From: Gammaproteobacteria bacterium
GTDB taxonomy: Bacteria; Pseudomonadota; Gammaproteobacteria; Thiohalospirales; Thiohalospiraceae
Reading direction: 5' to 3'
Assembly (NCBI GenBank): GCA_024277595.1
Contig: JAJRUV010000090.1
Span: 547 to 64,546 of the forward strand
DNA length: 64,000 nt
The translations under genes were made by a program, and so were the position numbers. This document shows positions 1-10,844 of this stretch, one piece after another. Each line of letters begins with the position of its first letter. Positions within the stretch are counted from its first letter, which is position 1. Below the pieces are notes generated by a model. It ran no database searches. It was not told the origin of the DNA and was given only the letters and a program-made list of their open reading frames with translations.

Positions 1-430
1 TCTCTGCTGGTAGGTTGCAGTCAAGTTTTTTCAGGTAGGCGGGCTTAAAGCCAAAGCGGGAATAGTAATCAGGGTAGCCGGTTACAACGCCTGCCGGGAA
101 GCCCTGTTTTCTGGCTTGTTCCAGTGCGGCTGTTATCAGCCCGGAGCCGATACCCCGGTGGGAGTGGGAAGGCAAAACCGACATTGGTGCCAGTGCCAGA
201 ATATCAATACGGGTATCCTGCTGATCCAGCCGCGCCAAAAACATCATCAGGTGGCCAACAATACGCCCGTGGTTTTCTGCTACCAGTGAGAACTCTGGCA
301 AGTACACCGGACTATGGCGAATTGCTGTTACCAGGCGGGCTTCGTCTTCCTCTTCAAAAGCACTGATGTTGACTATGTCGATGCCACGCAGATCCTCAAA
401 AGATTCGGGTCGAATTGTGATATCTGTCAT
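1..430 (-). CDS. GNAT-family N-acetyltransferase (3' end cut by window edge)
   Basis: I translated the minus strand from the ATG at 430: MTDITIRPESFEDLRGIDIVNISAFEEEDEARLVTAIRHSPVY...HRGIGSGLITAALEQARKQGF. It has an acetyl-CoA motif-A-like RGIGSG. It is absent from the ORF track because there is no stop in the window. The + ORFs 124..366 and 314..502 are antisense shadows of it. Confidence 0.75.
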   Translation of the reverse strand, partial: MTDITIRPESFEDLRGIDIVNISAFEEEDEARLVTAIRHSPVYLPEFSLVAENHGRIVGHLMMFLARLDQQDTRIDILALAPMSVLPSHSHRGIGSGLITAALEQARKQGFPAGVVTGYPDYYSRFGFKPAYLKKLDCNLPAE

Positions 431-730
431 TCTGTTGTCCCCTTTTTGTTGTTTCTTTGCTGTGTTTCAGCCATTGCTCCATATCGTAAGCAATGTTTAT
501 GACCATGATTATCGCACTTTTATAAAAAATTCTGTATTATCAAGCATCTTTTTTGTAATCCTGGTTTGGTTCTCTATCTTTTTTGGGAGCAGGTTGTGCT
601 CTTGCATTAAAAAAATGGCCGGATCTGCCGAAATATGGTTATGTAAATGTCACTTATCTGTTTCGGAAGTTGCCCAAGGGTTCAGTCAGGACGGAGGAAA
701 CTGCAGTTTTGTGGAAAGAGTTTACTATAA

Positions 731-2827
731 ATGAGCATGACCAGTAAAAACCATCATTTGCGCCTTATCCTTGTTGAGAACGAGACAAATGATAGTAAAG
801 AAATTATCGGTTTGTTACGCAGTGGTGGTTGCCCGGTTCTGGCCGAGCGAGTAGAAAATGCTGCGGATATGAAGCAGTTGCTTGATAACGAGCGATGGGA
901 CATGGTCATGACCCGGATGCCCCACAAGGATTTTCCTCCTGCCGAGGTATTGGCGGAAACTGTGCGCAGTGGCCAAGATCTCTCTTTTTTAATCCTGACT
1001 GATGAAAACGTGGAAAACAGCAATGATGTGATGGAGTTACTGCGCTCCGGGGCGCGGGGAGCAATCAGTTTGCGTTCTCCCGAACATTTCCGGTTGGTGG
1101 TTGGCCGAGAACTGCAGGATTTGGAGGCGCGGCGGGCTCAGCGCTATTTCACCCAGAAATATTTTGATTCAGAGCGGCGTGGCCGGGATCTGCTGGAAAG
1201 CTCCCGGGATGCTATCGCCTATGTGAGAGACGGGGTCTATATTTACGCCAATAGCACCTATATAAAGCGTTTTGGGTTTGCGGGGCTATGGGAGCTGCAA
1301 GGAGAGTTGTTGCTGGAAACAATCAGCAAGGATGACCAGGAGAAGGTGAAGTCATCCCTGCGCAGCTACGCAGAAGGAGAACAGGGTCAAAACGAACTGC
1401 AATTGCAAGGCCGGAATACAGATGGACATACGTTTGAGACCACGATGGAGCTGCGTGTTGCAACGCTCGGTGGAGAACCTTGTGTACAGATAACCATCCG
1501 TGAACGGTCGCACAGTAAAGAGTTGGAGAATCGGGTTCGTCAACTCAAGAACCTTGACCAGATTACCGGTTTGTTTAACCGGCAGTATTTTCTGCGGCGC
1601 TTGAGTGCGGAGGTGAAAAAGGCCCAGCAAGGCCATGTCAGTGGCGCTTTGTTGTATATAGAGATAGACAATTTCAAGAATATCCAGGAGAAACTGGGTG
1701 TTGTCGCCAGCGATCATCTGCTGGTTGATATTGCTCGCGTATTGCGGCAGAAGGGCAATCTGGCCCAGGGTTTGTCACGTTTTTATACCAACATATTTAC
1801 CGCTGTGGTACGGAACTGTAATGCTTCCACAGCGGGGAAAATTGCTGATCTGTTACGCTCCATGATTGAACGGCATGTGTCTGAAATTGACGGCCACTCG
1901 CTGCACACTACATGCAGCATAGGCATTACCCTGATTAATGAATCTGTACCGAATTCTCAGGAGGTATTGGCGCGGGCCAGCAAGGCATGCGCGGAGAGCC
2001 GGGAGGCGGGTGGCAATCGTGTTACCCAGTTCATTCCTGTTGTCGAAGATATGGCTGAGCGGGAGATGCAGGGTGAGTGGGTCAAGCGCATCCGTCAGGC
2101 GCTGGAGCAGGATGGGCTGCATTTGCTGTTTCAGCCGATAGTCAGCCTGCATGGTGAGCCAGGCGAGAAATATGAAGTGTTGTTGCGTATGCGTGAAGGT
2201 GGTCAGGAAATTTCACCTGCGGAGTTTATTCCAGTCGCACAACAGGCGGGGTTGCTTCCGGAGGTAGAGCGATGGGTAATCAGTCACGCCATTCGCGCCT
2301 TGGCAGAGCGTCAGAAAAAAGGCTTGAGTACCAAACTGTTTGTAAAGCTTTCGGAGGATTCCATCCAGGATGAAACGTTGTTGCTGTGGGTTGGTCAGCA
2401 GCTCCGCGATGCAGGGGTGGGTGATGGAGGGCTGGTTTTCGAGATTAGCGAGCAGTGCGCTCTATCCCGGCTTGGAGCAGTGACCCGGTTGGTTGACGGA
2501 TTGCGCAAACTGGGTTGTGGTGTTGCGCTGGATCATTTCGGTGTTGCTCCCAATGCCATTATGCTGCAAAAACGTCTCCAGGTAGCCTATCTGAAAATTG
2601 ATGGTTCGTTGATAACCAATCTGGATGAAAATCCTGAATCCCATGAGAAGGTTCGGCGTATTAATCAGGTTGCACGTGATAGTGGGGGAGCAACCATTGC
2701 CCAGTTTGTGGAGAGTGCCAACAGTCTTTCCCTGTTGTGGCAGACCGGAGTGAACTACATCCAGGGATATTTTGTGCAGGAACCCTCATCTACCATGCAG
2801 TATGATTTCACGGGGGAGGCGTCGTAA
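731..2827 (+). CDS. Response-regulator receiver / PAS / degenerate GGDEF / EAL c-di-GMP phosphodiesterase-type protein
   Basis: 698-aa ORF. N-terminal REC-like region (LRLILVENETND). GGDEF-domain core beginning ITGLFNRQYF, but the GG(D/E)EF position reads YTNIF (degenerate). EAL domain with EVLLRM, plus DHFG and QGYF motifs. Confidence 0.85.
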   Translation: MSMTSKNHHLRLILVENETNDSKEIIGLLRSGGCPVLAERVENAADMKQLLDNERWDMVMTRMPHKDFPPAEVLAETVRSGQDLSFLILTDENVENSNDVMELLRSGARGAISLRSPEHFRLVVGRELQDLEARRAQRYFTQKYFDSERRGRDLLESSRDAIAYVRDGVYIYANSTYIKRFGFAGLWELQGELLLETISKDDQEKVKSSLRSYAEGEQGQNELQLQGRNTDGHTFETTMELRVATLGGEPCVQITIRERSHSKELENRVRQLKNLDQITGLFNRQYFLRRLSAEVKKAQQGHVSGALLYIEIDNFKNIQEKLGVVASDHLLVDIARVLRQKGNLAQGLSRFYTNIFTAVVRNCNASTAGKIADLLRSMIERHVSEIDGHSLHTTCSIGITLINESVPNSQEVLARASKACAESREAGGNRVTQFIPVVEDMAEREMQGEWVKRIRQALEQDGLHLLFQPIVSLHGEPGEKYEVLLRMREGGQEISPAEFIPVAQQAGLLPEVERWVISHAIRALAERQKKGLSTKLFVKLSEDSIQDETLLLWVGQQLRDAGVGDGGLVFEISEQCALSRLGAVTRLVDGLRKLGCGVALDHFGVAPNAIMLQKRLQVAYLKIDGSLITNLDENPESHEKVRRINQVARDSGGATIAQFVESANSLSLLWQTGVNYIQGYFVQEPSSTMQYDFTGEAS

Positions 2828-3161
2828 TCCGGCCACCGTCCCCCGATGGTGTCGCTACCTCGTGATAGATTTTATGGCATCCCTGCCAAAAACCGACTCG
2901 CCTGCGCAACAGTTAATTCCTTCTTCCCCGGATTTTCACGCCCGTCATGGCTCCGTATGACTTCGTTCCTCGTCACAACTGCGCCATGACTACCTCAACT
3001 CTACGACAACCAAAGCCGCTGCTGCATCTTCTCCGTCACTCGCTACCGCTCCTGACTGCGAAAATTCTGCAGACGGCGTTGCCTGTCGCGGACTAACTGT
3101 CCTCGCTTCGCTCTCCATGGCGGTCAGCGAGGGTACTTCTTTCCAGTTCAACTAACTGGGT

Positions 3162-4043
3162 TCAAATATTCCGTAACGCGGCGATACGTTGTTCCAAGGG
3201 TGGATGAGACATGAAAAGGGCTTTCAGTCCATGCCCGATATGCCCTGAAATGCCGAAAGCGGCCATCTGATCAGGGAGTTGGTTTTCACCCGCACCACGC
3301 TGCAGGGCCTGGAGGGCGGCGATCATTTTTTCCCTGTTTTCCAGCCGCGCGGCACCGGCATCGGCGCGGAACTCACGTTGCCGACTGAACCACATCACGA
3401 TGATGGTAGCCAGGATACCCAATACCAGTTCAGCAACAATAGTGGTTATCCAGTAAGCAGGGCCATAGCCGTGCTCGTTTTTGAATATCACCCGATCTAC
3501 CGTATGGCCGACCACTCTGGAGATGAAGATAACGAAAGTGTTGACCACCCCCTGGATCAGGGCCAAGGTGATCATGTCTCCGTTGGCGACATGGCTAACC
3601 TCATGGGCCAGTACTGCCTCGACGGCATCTTTGTCCATTACATTCAGCAAACCGGTACTTACCGCTACCAGGGCGTTATTCCGGTTGGCTCCAGTGGCGA
3701 AGGCATTGGGTTCTGGTGAATCATAGAGTGCTACCTCCGGCATGCCGATACCGGCCTTGCCGGCCTGTTTCTGCACTGTTTCCAGCAACCACCGTTCGGT
3801 AGGATTGGATGGCTGCTGTATTACCTGGGCGCCAACCATACGCTTGGCGCTCCATTTGGAGATTAGCAGTGAGATTATCGAACCCGCAAAACCGAATACG
3901 GCAGCAAAAATCAGCAGACTGGTATAATTGAGTCCCCCTTGTGCATCGGTGATGCGATCGATTCCCAACAGGCGCAGGACGATGTTCAGTACCATGATAA
4001 CCGCAAGGTTGGTTACCAAAAACAGAAATACACGCTTCATCAT
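3162..4043 (-). CDS. htpX: Zinc metalloprotease HtpX (M48B)
   Basis: 293 aa. N-terminus [34 protein letters not shown] zinc motif, four TM segments, C-terminal HPPLEQRI. Confidence 0.93.
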   Translation of the reverse strand: MMKRVFLFLVTNLAVIMVLNIVLRLLGIDRITDAQGGLNYTSLLIFAAVFGFAGSIISLLISKWSAKRMVGAQVIQQPSNPTERWLLETVQKQAGKAGIGMPEVALYDSPEPNAFATGANRNNALVAVSTGLLNVMDKDAVEAVLAHEVSHVANGDMITLALIQGVVNTFVIFISRVVGHTVDRVIFKNEHGYGPAYWITTIVAELVLGILATIIVMWFSRQREFRADAGAARLENREKMIAALQALQRGAGENQLPDQMAAFGISGHIGHGLKALFMSHPPLEQRIAALRNI

Positions 4044-4240
4044 TGCTTAAGTGCTCCATTAGTGACTGTCGATCACGGATAGGTAATTAGGCCACAGTTA
4101 ATCTTGTAGATGCAAGCAGCCAAGAGTGGTGGTGTAGTGATATCCTCTATTGAGTTGGCTCATAGGGTTTTAAGCTCCAGTGTGGTATGTTACTAAAGCG
4201 GGTTCTGCAGGGGTGTTGGACAAAAAATATAAAATCAGGG

Positions 4241-4392
4241 GTAACTATTCAGCATAGTTGAAAATAAACAAGTAACTGTTCAGATTGTCCCTGAAATTTG
4301 TCAGTTCAAGGCGAAAAATGTGAGTTTACACGGGTAAATGATCATTTTTTAACGCAGGAATAGCAGACTTCAGGGGTGAGCTGAATAATTAC
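4241..4392 (+). mobile_element. MITE copy A, long form (152 bp)
   Basis: GTAACTATTCAGC...GCTGAATAATTAC termini. About 90% identical to copies at 24782 and 47221. The flanking 8-mer AAATCAGG is repeated (4232-4239 and 4393-4400), with one extra G at the left junction. Confidence 0.9.
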
Positions 4393-4618
4393 AAATCAGG
4401 ATTTGTTTACCGGGGATCAGCCAGGTTCACGTTATCGTAGCAAGTGCGGTGGGAAAGAAAGTGCAAATTTTCACGGTTTTGAGATGCATGGCGGGATTGC
4501 ACAGCAGAACCCTGCAAGGGGGATTTGAACCTCTATCCTGCCAGTGGAGCAGGTTGTCTTTAAATCCGGCAGGTCCCGGTGTTCTCGATTAACCAGAGTG
4601 ATACAACCCTCTCAGCCC

Positions 4619-6103
4619 ATGGCGAGTGATAACTTTACTACCAGGGCGTGGCGAAACCTCCGTATCCCTATCGGGTACAAACTGGCTATCGCTATCACCC
4701 TGTTGATAACCTCGGCAATGTTGTTGCTTGGACTGCTGCTCATTGATCGGCAAGGGGTACTGTTGCGCGCAGATATCGCCCGGTTTGGTCTCACGGTGGC
4801 TAACCAGGTAGCCGATTCTGCCAAAGAGCTGGTGCTGGCCAAGGATGAGCTTGGCCTCAAAGTGCTGGTTACCAATTTGACCCGGAATGAGAATATCAAT
4901 GGTACGGCAATCATCTCCGCCAAAGGCAATGTTCTGGCCAGATCCGGGCTGGTACCACCGGAAGAAGAGATTCCCCATACTCGCGTTGACAAGGGTTCCC
5001 TGGAAGTGGCTAATATCCACGAGATCGAATGGTATGCTTCTGAAGAGCAAAAATATCTGGTTAGTTTCGTCAGTCCCATCCATTTTCAGGATGTGATAGT
5101 GGGTTACAGTCTGGCAACTTTCAGCAGACAGTCGCTGGTACAGTCACGGGAGGAGTCGGTGCGGTTGGTTGTGACAATCATATTGACGATGATTCTGCTT
5201 GGTATTAGCGGGGCTATTATCCTGGGAAGGCGTATTGCTCAGCCGATCCAGCAGTTGATTAAGGCCAGTAGCGAGATCAAGGCTGGCAATTATGAATACC
5301 GGATTACTGAACAGCGCAGCGATGAGCTTGGTCAATTGATGGTCGCATTTAACGAGATGGCACAGGGATTACGAAAAAAAGTACAGGTAGAGCAGGCATT
5401 CTCCCGCTTTGTGCCGGAAAGTGTAGCGAAGCACATGCTCTCTAATCTTGAGCAGGTGAAGCTGGGAGGAGAGACAGTAACTGCCAGCGTGCTGTTTGCC
5501 GATATTGTTGGGTATACTTCGTTGTCTGAAAAACTCCCGGCGGCGAAAATTGCGGAGCTACTGAACGAGTATTTCAGTTACATAGCCGAGGCGGCGCGAT
5601 TATGTGGCGGGACGCTGGACAAATACGTGGGAGATTGCGCCATGATTCTCTTTGGAGTGCCTGAGCAGGATTCCAGACATGCTTTTCATGCCATCTATTT
5701 TGCCGTGTTGTTGAAAAATCTGATTGAACGGTTGAATACCCAACGCTTGTGGGTAGGTAAAATACCCATCCAGTTCAGCATCGGGGTCAATTGTGGTTCA
5801 ATGCTGGCGGGAACCATGGGGTCAAAAAACCGCATGCAGTATACGGTGCTGGGGGATGCGGTGAATCTCGCATCACGTTTGTCCGGGGTGGCTGAAGCGG
5901 GAGAGATCATAATCAGTGAGGAGATGCTGCAGCAACCGATGGTTGGTAATTATGTGGATGTGGGTGGTTACCAGTCTGTCGTGCTGCGGGGGAAAGATAA
6001 ACCCGTGGCAACTTATCGTGTGGATGATGTCGTGACAACACTTCACCAGCAAATGCAGGAACAGATTGATTCGCTGCTGTCGCGGCGGATGGCGGGGGAA
6101 TGA
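4619..6103 (+). CDS. Membrane-anchored HAMP + class III adenylate/guanylate cyclase
   Basis: The ORF opens at GTG 4544. The first ATG (4619, MASDNF) precedes the TM segment. HAMP region (IAQPIQQLIKASSEIKAGNY...ELGQLMVAFNEMAQGL). Cyclase core VLFADIVGYTSLSE...KYVGDCAMILFG. The start codon is uncertain. Confidence 0.85.
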   Translation: MASDNFTTRAWRNLRIPIGYKLAIAITLLITSAMLLLGLLLIDRQGVLLRADIARFGLTVANQVADSAKELVLAKDELGLKVLVTNLTRNENINGTAIISAKGNVLARSGLVPPEEEIPHTRVDKGSLEVANIHEIEWYASEEQKYLVSFVSPIHFQDVIVGYSLATFSRQSLVQSREESVRLVVTIILTMILLGISGAIILGRRIAQPIQQLIKASSEIKAGNYEYRITEQRSDELGQLMVAFNEMAQGLRKKVQVEQAFSRFVPESVAKHMLSNLEQVKLGGETVTASVLFADIVGYTSLSEKLPAAKIAELLNEYFSYIAEAARLCGGTLDKYVGDCAMILFGVPEQDSRHAFHAIYFAVLLKNLIERLNTQRLWVGKIPIQFSIGVNCGSMLAGTMGSKNRMQYTVLGDAVNLASRLSGVAEAGEIIISEEMLQQPMVGNYVDVGGYQSVVLRGKDKPVATYRVDDVVTTLHQQMQEQIDSLLSRRMAGE

Positions 6104-7188
6104 AGTATTTTTTCCTTTTGCTACTGCTGCTTGCAAGCGGTTGTGCACACCTGCCTGATACGGGGACTATCAGCCTGATGCAGATTAATTTCTGGCTGGC
6201 GACAGGGGAGTACGGTAATGCGCTTGCTACGTTGCAGCGGCAGATTCAGTTGCATCCTGATGACGACTCCCTGCGCAATCTGCTGCAAACGATACAGCAA
6301 AGCGCCAACCGTTATGCCAGCAAGAAGATTACCATGGCCAACCGGTTGGCACAGAAAAACCGGTGGAACGAGGCGCTGCGGCAGATTGATGATGCGCGAA
6401 AACACTGGCCACAAAGTGCTGCGCTACGGGTGGCCCGGGACGTACTGGAAACTCGACGCCAACAGCGTATCGAGCAACTCCAGCTTGAATTGCTGTTGCA
6501 CGAAGGGGCGGCCCTGCTGGAGACTGCCCGCCAGCATCGCGAACTGGAGCTGGTGAATCCCGGCTATCTGTTTCTGGACTGGAATCTGCGCAAATACCAG
6601 GCCAAGAAGAGCACCGTTGCCAAAAAACTGCTTGAGGTGGGTATTCAGATGCAGAAGGAGGGAGATTTCCGGTTGGCCCGGCACTGTCTTGTTTTAGCCC
6701 AAGGGCTTGAAGACAGTCGGGAGGCAAGAGAGGCACTGCAGCGTCTGCCAAAGATAAAACAGGTCGAGGTAAAAGAGAGTAACGAGAGCAAAGAGATCCA
6801 GCCACAGCGCCCCTTGGCTCGGCGTGTTTCACGCAAGGCGGTGCAGCAACAGCGCATTGACCGCCTGTTGATTAAGTATGGGCAGGTTCGTGATCGCAAT
6901 GATCTGGTGGCTGCTCGTCGTATCATGTCGCAGATGCTGGAGATTAGCCCTGCGCATCCGCGGGTGAAGGAGTTGAATGCTGAGCAGGAGTTGCTTGTTC
7001 GGCAGTTTGTGCAGCGAAGCATTGCCTGGGGAGACGATCTCTACAGTCAGGAGCGGATCGAGGAAGCTGTCGAAGTATGGCAGGCCGCGTTACAGGTGGC
7101 GCCGTTAGACAAGGAGCTGCGAAACAAGCTGGATCGTGCGAAGACGGCGCTGAAATCGCTGCAGGAGCTTAAGCAGAATCCACGTTGA
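6100..7188 (+). CDS. Lipoprotein with TPR-like helical repeats
   Basis: Lipobox MKYFFLLLLLLASGC. ATGA overlap with the cyclase stop. Helical, Q/R/L-rich repeats. No specific family recognised. Confidence 0.7.
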   Translation: MKYFFLLLLLLASGCAHLPDTGTISLMQINFWLATGEYGNALATLQRQIQLHPDDDSLRNLLQTIQQSANRYASKKITMANRLAQKNRWNEALRQIDDARKHWPQSAALRVARDVLETRRQQRIEQLQLELLLHEGAALLETARQHRELELVNPGYLFLDWNLRKYQAKKSTVAKKLLEVGIQMQKEGDFRLARHCLVLAQGLEDSREAREALQRLPKIKQVEVKESNESKEIQPQRPLARRVSRKAVQQQRIDRLLIKYGQVRDRNDLVAARRIMSQMLEISPAHPRVKELNAEQELLVRQFVQRSIAWGDDLYSQERIEEAVEVWQAALQVAPLDKELRNKLDRAKTALKSLQELKQNPR

Positions 7189-8950
7189 GTTGCAGCCACA
7201 GCTCCAGCAGGGCAAGGTGCCACAGCTTGCTGCCCTTGATGCGGGTAAAATGCTGTTCGGGAGATGCCAGCAGTTTTTCCACATAGGCTGGCTCGAACAG
7301 CCCGCGATTGCGGCAGGCATCCGAGTGCAGGATCTCCTGCATGAATTCCAGGAACGGGCCGCGCAGGTATTTTAGCGCGGGCATGGGGAAATAACCCTTG
7401 GGACGGTCGATGACTGCGTCTGGCAGCAGGCCACGCGCAATAGTTTTAAGCGGGTATTTGCCACCGTCCTTCAGTTTGAGTTCGGGTGGCATCTGCAGGG
7501 CCAGCTCCACCAACTCATGATCCAGGAAGGGAACCCGGGCTTCCAGCCCCCAGGCCATGGTCATGTTATCCACCCGTTTTACCGGATCGTCCACGATCAG
7601 GGTGGTGACATCCAGGCGCAACACCTTGTCCATAAGGCTGTCTGCCCCCGGCACTGCCAGCAGCTCTGCTATTTTGTTCCGGGTGTAGTCCTCACCACGG
7701 TAGGCCGCAGTAACGATCTGCAGATACTCCTTATGGTCGCGATCAAAATAGTGTTTGGCAAATCGTTCCACCTCACTGCCATTCTGTTCCGCAGCCATTA
7801 GCGGATACCAGAAGTAGCCGCCAAACAGCTCATCTGCACCTTGACCACTCTGAACCACCTTGACCTGTCTGGATACCTGCTCGGCCAGCAGGTAGAAAGC
7901 GACGGCATCCTGTCCAACCATCGGCTCGGCCATGTTGGCTACGGCTTCAGGCAGTCGATCGAGAACCGTGTCATTAGGAATATGGATTTTGTGGTGACGG
8001 GTGTTGAAATGCTTTGCTACCTGATCGGAGTATTCGAACTCACTGCCACGTTCGGAGCCGATGTCCTCAAAGCCGATTGAGAAGGTAAGAATATCGTTGA
8101 CGCCAGTATCTGCAAGCAGCGCGACCAGCAGCGAGGAGTCAAGTCCTCCGGATAGCAGCACACCAACGGGAACATCTGCTACCACCAGGCGTTTGCCAAC
8201 GGCTTGTTGCAGTGATTGTTTTATGGCATCGCACCATTCTTTCTCAGTCCAGGGAGTGGCGGGGCGCCGGGCTTGCGGTTGCCAGTAGGTTCGCTTCAGT
8301 TCACGGCCGTCCGGGCCGATGGTCAGGGTGGTCGCCGGTGCGAGCCTGGATATTCCCTTCAGTATTGTACGCGGAGCCGGAATAACTCCGTGCAGTGCAA
8401 GTTGGTGATGCAAACCCACCGGGTCGATAGCGGTGTTTATATCACCGGTGGTGAGCAGCGCCTGTGTGTTGGAGGCAAAATAAAACCGGTTGCCGTTACG
8501 GCTGAAATAGAGCGGTTTAATACCCAGTCGATCCCGGGCCAGAAACAAGGTCTGATTATGTATGTCCCAGACAGCAAAAGCGAACATGCCGTGCAGGTAT
8601 TCCACGCACCGTTCACCCCAGGCTGCGTAGGCTTTAAGGATTGTTTCAGTGTCACTCCGGGAGAAGAACTCATGACCCATTTTCTGTAGCTGTTTGCGCA
8701 GAGCAGGGTAGTTGTAGATGGTTCCGTTGAAAACAACGACCAGTCCAGGGCCGTTGTCTATCATGGGCTGGTTGGCGTGTTTCGAGAGGTCGATGATTGC
8801 CAGCCGCTGGTGTCCAAGAGCAACGGGGCCGTCACTGAAGCTGCCCGAGTGATCAGGGCCGCGCTGTGCGAGCTTGTCCAGCATGCGATCCACGGTAGCC
8901 AGTTTCGGTGCACTGTTGTTCAGATGTAACGTTCCGCAAATACCACACAT
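7169..8950 (-). CDS. Asparagine synthase family (glutamine-hydrolysing) amidotransferase
   Basis: The ORF track extends to 9130, but the class-II amidotransferase N-terminus MCGICG (Cys2 nucleophile) sets the start at 8950. SGGLDSS PP-loop present. Whether it is AsnB proper or an NAGGN-type amidotransferase cannot be decided here. Confidence 0.88.
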   Translation of the reverse strand: MCGICGTLHLNNSAPKLATVDRMLDKLAQRGPDHSGSFSDGPVALGHQRLAIIDLSKHANQPMIDNGPGLVVVFNGTIYNYPALRKQLQKMGHEFFSRSDTETILKAYAAWGERCVEYLHGMFAFAVWDIHNQTLFLARDRLGIKPLYFSRNGNRFYFASNTQALLTTGDINTAIDPVGLHHQLALHGVIPAPRTILKGISRLAPATTLTIGPDGRELKRTYWQPQARRPATPWTEKEWCDAIKQSLQQAVGKRLVVADVPVGVLLSGGLDSSLLVALLADTGVNDILTFSIGFEDIGSERGSEFEYSDQVAKHFNTRHHKIHIPNDTVLDRLPEAVANMAEPMVGQDAVAFYLLAEQVSRQVKVVQSGQGADELFGGYFWYPLMAAEQNGSEVERFAKHYFDRDHKEYLQIVTAAYRGEDYTRNKIAELLAVPGADSLMDKVLRLDVTTLIVDDPVKRVDNMTMAWGLEARVPFLDHELVELALQMPPELKLKDGGKYPLKTIARGLLPDAVIDRPKGYFPMPALKYLRGPFLEFMQEILHSDACRNRGLFEPAYVEKLLASPEQHFTRIKGSKLWHLALLELWLQLNVDSA

Positions 8951-9208
8951 TGGAAAACCGGACTTCCTTTTGACGCTGTAGTTATTTTCTATCGCTATTC
9001 TCGCAGGAGGTAATGAATTATTCCAGTACTTCTGCTCAATCAGACTGATGGCGAATTGTTGAAAATTGGGATCTGTGTCGCAGATTACCCCGGACTTTCT
9101 GAACCTTCGTATGCCATTACTCAAGAACAAAACAACAAATACCGCTAATTAAAAAGCGGACAGCTGTCTTCCGGCACAAAACTAATACAGATCACGAAAA
9201 GGTTTTTT

Positions 9209-10840
9209 ATGAAAAAAATTCTGCCATTATTAATACCATTGGCCGTGCTGATCGCCGGCTGTGATGTCAAACTGCCTAGTGAGGGTACTGCACAGGAGGG
9301 TTTTAATGTCTCCGGCTTTGCTGCACCGCTATCTGAATATGAGTACTCCCGGCTTGGTAATGAACAACAGTACCAGGTCGCCAACAAGTTACTGGGAAGC
9401 ATGTACCGGGGCATTGCAGTAGCCGATTTTTACGATATCTCTCAAGGTATGGACAGACTTGCTCTGAAAGAGGGAGAGCAGTTTCTCTCTTCGGTAGAAA
9501 CTGCTCTGTCCACTCCGCTGGACAGCGCTACCCGGGAGCACCTCAACACGCAGATTAGAGGCGATGCAGAGGCCGGTATTGAGGCGCGGTTCAGCTTCAC
9601 CTCCCGGCAGGTTCCCAAGCAACTGCCATTGGCGCAGATATACCAGTATCCTCTGAGCAAGGATTTTTTTGATCGCTGGATTGCCTGGCATCTTGCCAAC
9701 AATATCTTGTTTTCCCCGGCGGAGGAGATTGACAGCGTCAATGTCACTGACGTGCAAAAAGTTTATACCAATCTGGTTGAAGATCTGCGTAATAACAAAA
9801 CCATTCGGGAAATTATCAAGCGCCATCAGAATACGCAGGAAAACTGGCGCAGATTTCGTTCGCCGGAAGACAATACCCGGGAGATGATTGAAATCTATCT
9901 GGGGCTGTTTGATCGTGATGAAGATGTACCCCGCGCATCAATGGCTTGCAAGGAGTGGTATCTTACCGATGAAAATCAGGGCTATGAGCGGGTTCGCAAC
10001 GGTGAGCCAAATACAGAACCTCAGTTGGTTCTCGATAGTTATGTCACTACATGCGAAGATTTTTACGAGTTGATTGCACAGCACCCCCTGGTAATCGGCC
10101 GGGTAACAACAGTTCTGGTTGAATATTTTTTTGCCGGCCGCAGCAATGCAGATCGGCTGAAAATAGTGGAGTCAATTGTTACCAGCAATCCTGAAACCTT
10201 CCAGGATATTTTCAAGGGAATACTTTTTTCCCGTGAGTATCTGTTGAAAACCGAGCGGCCAAGATCATTTGAGGAGAATTTTCTGGGTTCGTCTCACCGG
10301 CTGGAGTGGAGGGCGCCCACGGATCTGTTTCAGGGTATGGTTTCCCGGCGGGGAGGGGCGTATCGAGCAAATATGACCGAGATGAGCTGGCCTGCCATGT
10401 CACTTAAACTGGGCAGGCTTTTTGGTGTTCCCATGGACTCGCTGAGTTTTGCCCATTACCACAAGGCATACCGGGAGTTGTTGCTTTTCAGCAGGGATCG
10501 CTGGCGCAAAGGACTGGGATTGATCTGGATAGATGAACCTGCCGAGGACGCCACTGCAGAAGAACTGGCGTTGTACGAAATGAGTCAGCAAAGATTTTCT
10601 GTTGTGGGAAATATGAGTGTCAATGATTTTATTGATTACCTGTTTTTAAGCGCGGCGATGCGCCGTGCGGATGCAGTTGAAAAAACCACCCTGACAACAA
10701 TTGCTCTTGATGTTGGTTTTGTGAGAAACAAAAATGGCAAGGATTTGGTCCGGGAAGACTACCATGATGATTTTGCCCGGTTGGTGTTTGATTATATTTC
10801 CAGACTTCCCGAGTCCTATTATTTCAAGGCGATTGACTGA
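9209..10840 (+). CDS. Lipoprotein of unknown function (possible DUF1800-like partner of DUF1501)
   Basis: Lipobox MKKILPLLIPLAVLIAGC. 543 aa. It lies directly upstream of a DUF1501 gene, a pairing typical of DUF1800/DUF1501. The family assignment rests on context only. Confidence 0.6.
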   Translation: MKKILPLLIPLAVLIAGCDVKLPSEGTAQEGFNVSGFAAPLSEYEYSRLGNEQQYQVANKLLGSMYRGIAVADFYDISQGMDRLALKEGEQFLSSVETALSTPLDSATREHLNTQIRGDAEAGIEARFSFTSRQVPKQLPLAQIYQYPLSKDFFDRWIAWHLANNILFSPAEEIDSVNVTDVQKVYTNLVEDLRNNKTIREIIKRHQNTQENWRRFRSPEDNTREMIEIYLGLFDRDEDVPRASMACKEWYLTDENQGYERVRNGEPNTEPQLVLDSYVTTCEDFYELIAQHPLVIGRVTTVLVEYFFAGRSNADRLKIVESIVTSNPETFQDIFKGILFSREYLLKTERPRSFEENFLGSSHRLEWRAPTDLFQGMVSRRGGAYRANMTEMSWPAMSLKLGRLFGVPMDSLSFAHYHKAYRELLLFSRDRWRKGLGLIWIDEPAEDATAEELALYEMSQQRFSVVGNMSVNDFIDYLFLSAAMRRADAVEKTTLTTIALDVGFVRNKNGKDLVREDYHDDFARLVFDYISRLPESYYFKAID

Positions 10841-10844
10841 GAGA

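Noticed and set aside
124-734. ORFs 124..366, 314..502 and 366..734 on the + strand.
   Set aside because: The first two are antisense to the GNAT gene. The third covers the AT-rich promoter region upstream of the REC-PAS-GGDEF-EAL gene and has no RBS or recognisable features.
4514-4531. GCAAGGGGGATTTGAACC, whose reverse complement GGTTCAAATCCCCCTTGC resembles a tRNA T-arm and acceptor 3' end. This could be a tRNA gene or an att-site remnant.
   Set aside because: The adjacent sequence does not form a T-stem, anticodon arm or D-arm. It is an isolated 18-mer, so it is probably a chance match or at most an old fragment.
9131-9160. CCGCTAATTAAAAAGCGG hairpin as a possible terminator.
   Set aside because: It lies in a divergent promoter region, upstream of both flanking genes, so there is no transcript to terminate. 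The stem is only 5 bp.
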